From: Carcharhinus longimanus
Taxonomy: Eukaryota
Reading direction: 5' to 3'
DNA: 64,000 bases
NCBI GenBank assembly: GCA_030264375.1
Contig: JASCQW010000150.1
Location: 24,370,340 to 24,434,339, forward strand
Position 1 is the first letter of the stretch, and every line of letters begins with the position of its first letter. The notes beneath the pieces are model-generated. The model was not told the DNA's origin. It worked only from the letters and a program-made list of their open reading frames with translations, and did not search any database. A program made the translations under genes and the position numbers. Below are positions 63,627 through 64,000 of the stretch, piece by piece.

Positions 63627-64000
63627 CTGCAACATATGCATATGACAGGTTAACCTTACACTGTACAAGGTAACCCAGTGGTTAGTAGACTTAGTTCCCA
63701 GAAGCATGTCTAGATTTTGAGTAAAATCAACAAGGAATAGAAGGTTTAAAAATAAACCAAGTTAATTTTGTTGTGAGCACTTCAGCCAAAAATAGACACT
63801 GCAGATTGTTTATCAGAAACTTTACCAGCTTAGCACAAATTTTTCAACTGAACACATTTGTATCTTTAGTAGAAAACAATACAAGTATTGACAAAAGAAC
63901 GTTTCCATAGATAAGATTTTTGTTTTATATACAGGGCATTCCACGATTATCTTGTTTTGGTCATTTAACACTGCTCTTTGAAGGCAAAGTTAAACTCAAC

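Overview
Vertebrate genomic DNA, almost certainly an elasmobranch (shark), judged from HE1-type SINEs, CR1-class LINE tails, Deu-domain SINEs and Penelope remnants. It is a scaffold with several N gaps. Two protein-coding genes lie on the minus strand. MRPL54 is complete (3 exons, 8169->4609, 132 aa). PIP5K1C (PI4P 5-kinase type I gamma) enters from the right edge at the exon equivalent to human exon 4 and runs through the stop-only last exon at 23754-23756; all exon boundaries were read from GT/AG sites with consistent phases. Highlights: (1) the alternative WIYSPR exon of mammalian PIPKIgamma i3/i5 is present and visibly paralogous to the talin-binding WIYSPLHY exon; (2) there is evidence for a ~12 kb PIP5K1C 3' UTR with clustered Pumilio and miR-19 sites; (3) a palindromic Penelope-derived insertion with a near-intact minimal hammerhead ribozyme is nested in a SINE. 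Most ORFs in the supplied track are spurious. Repeat family names and human comparisons are from recall, not database searches.
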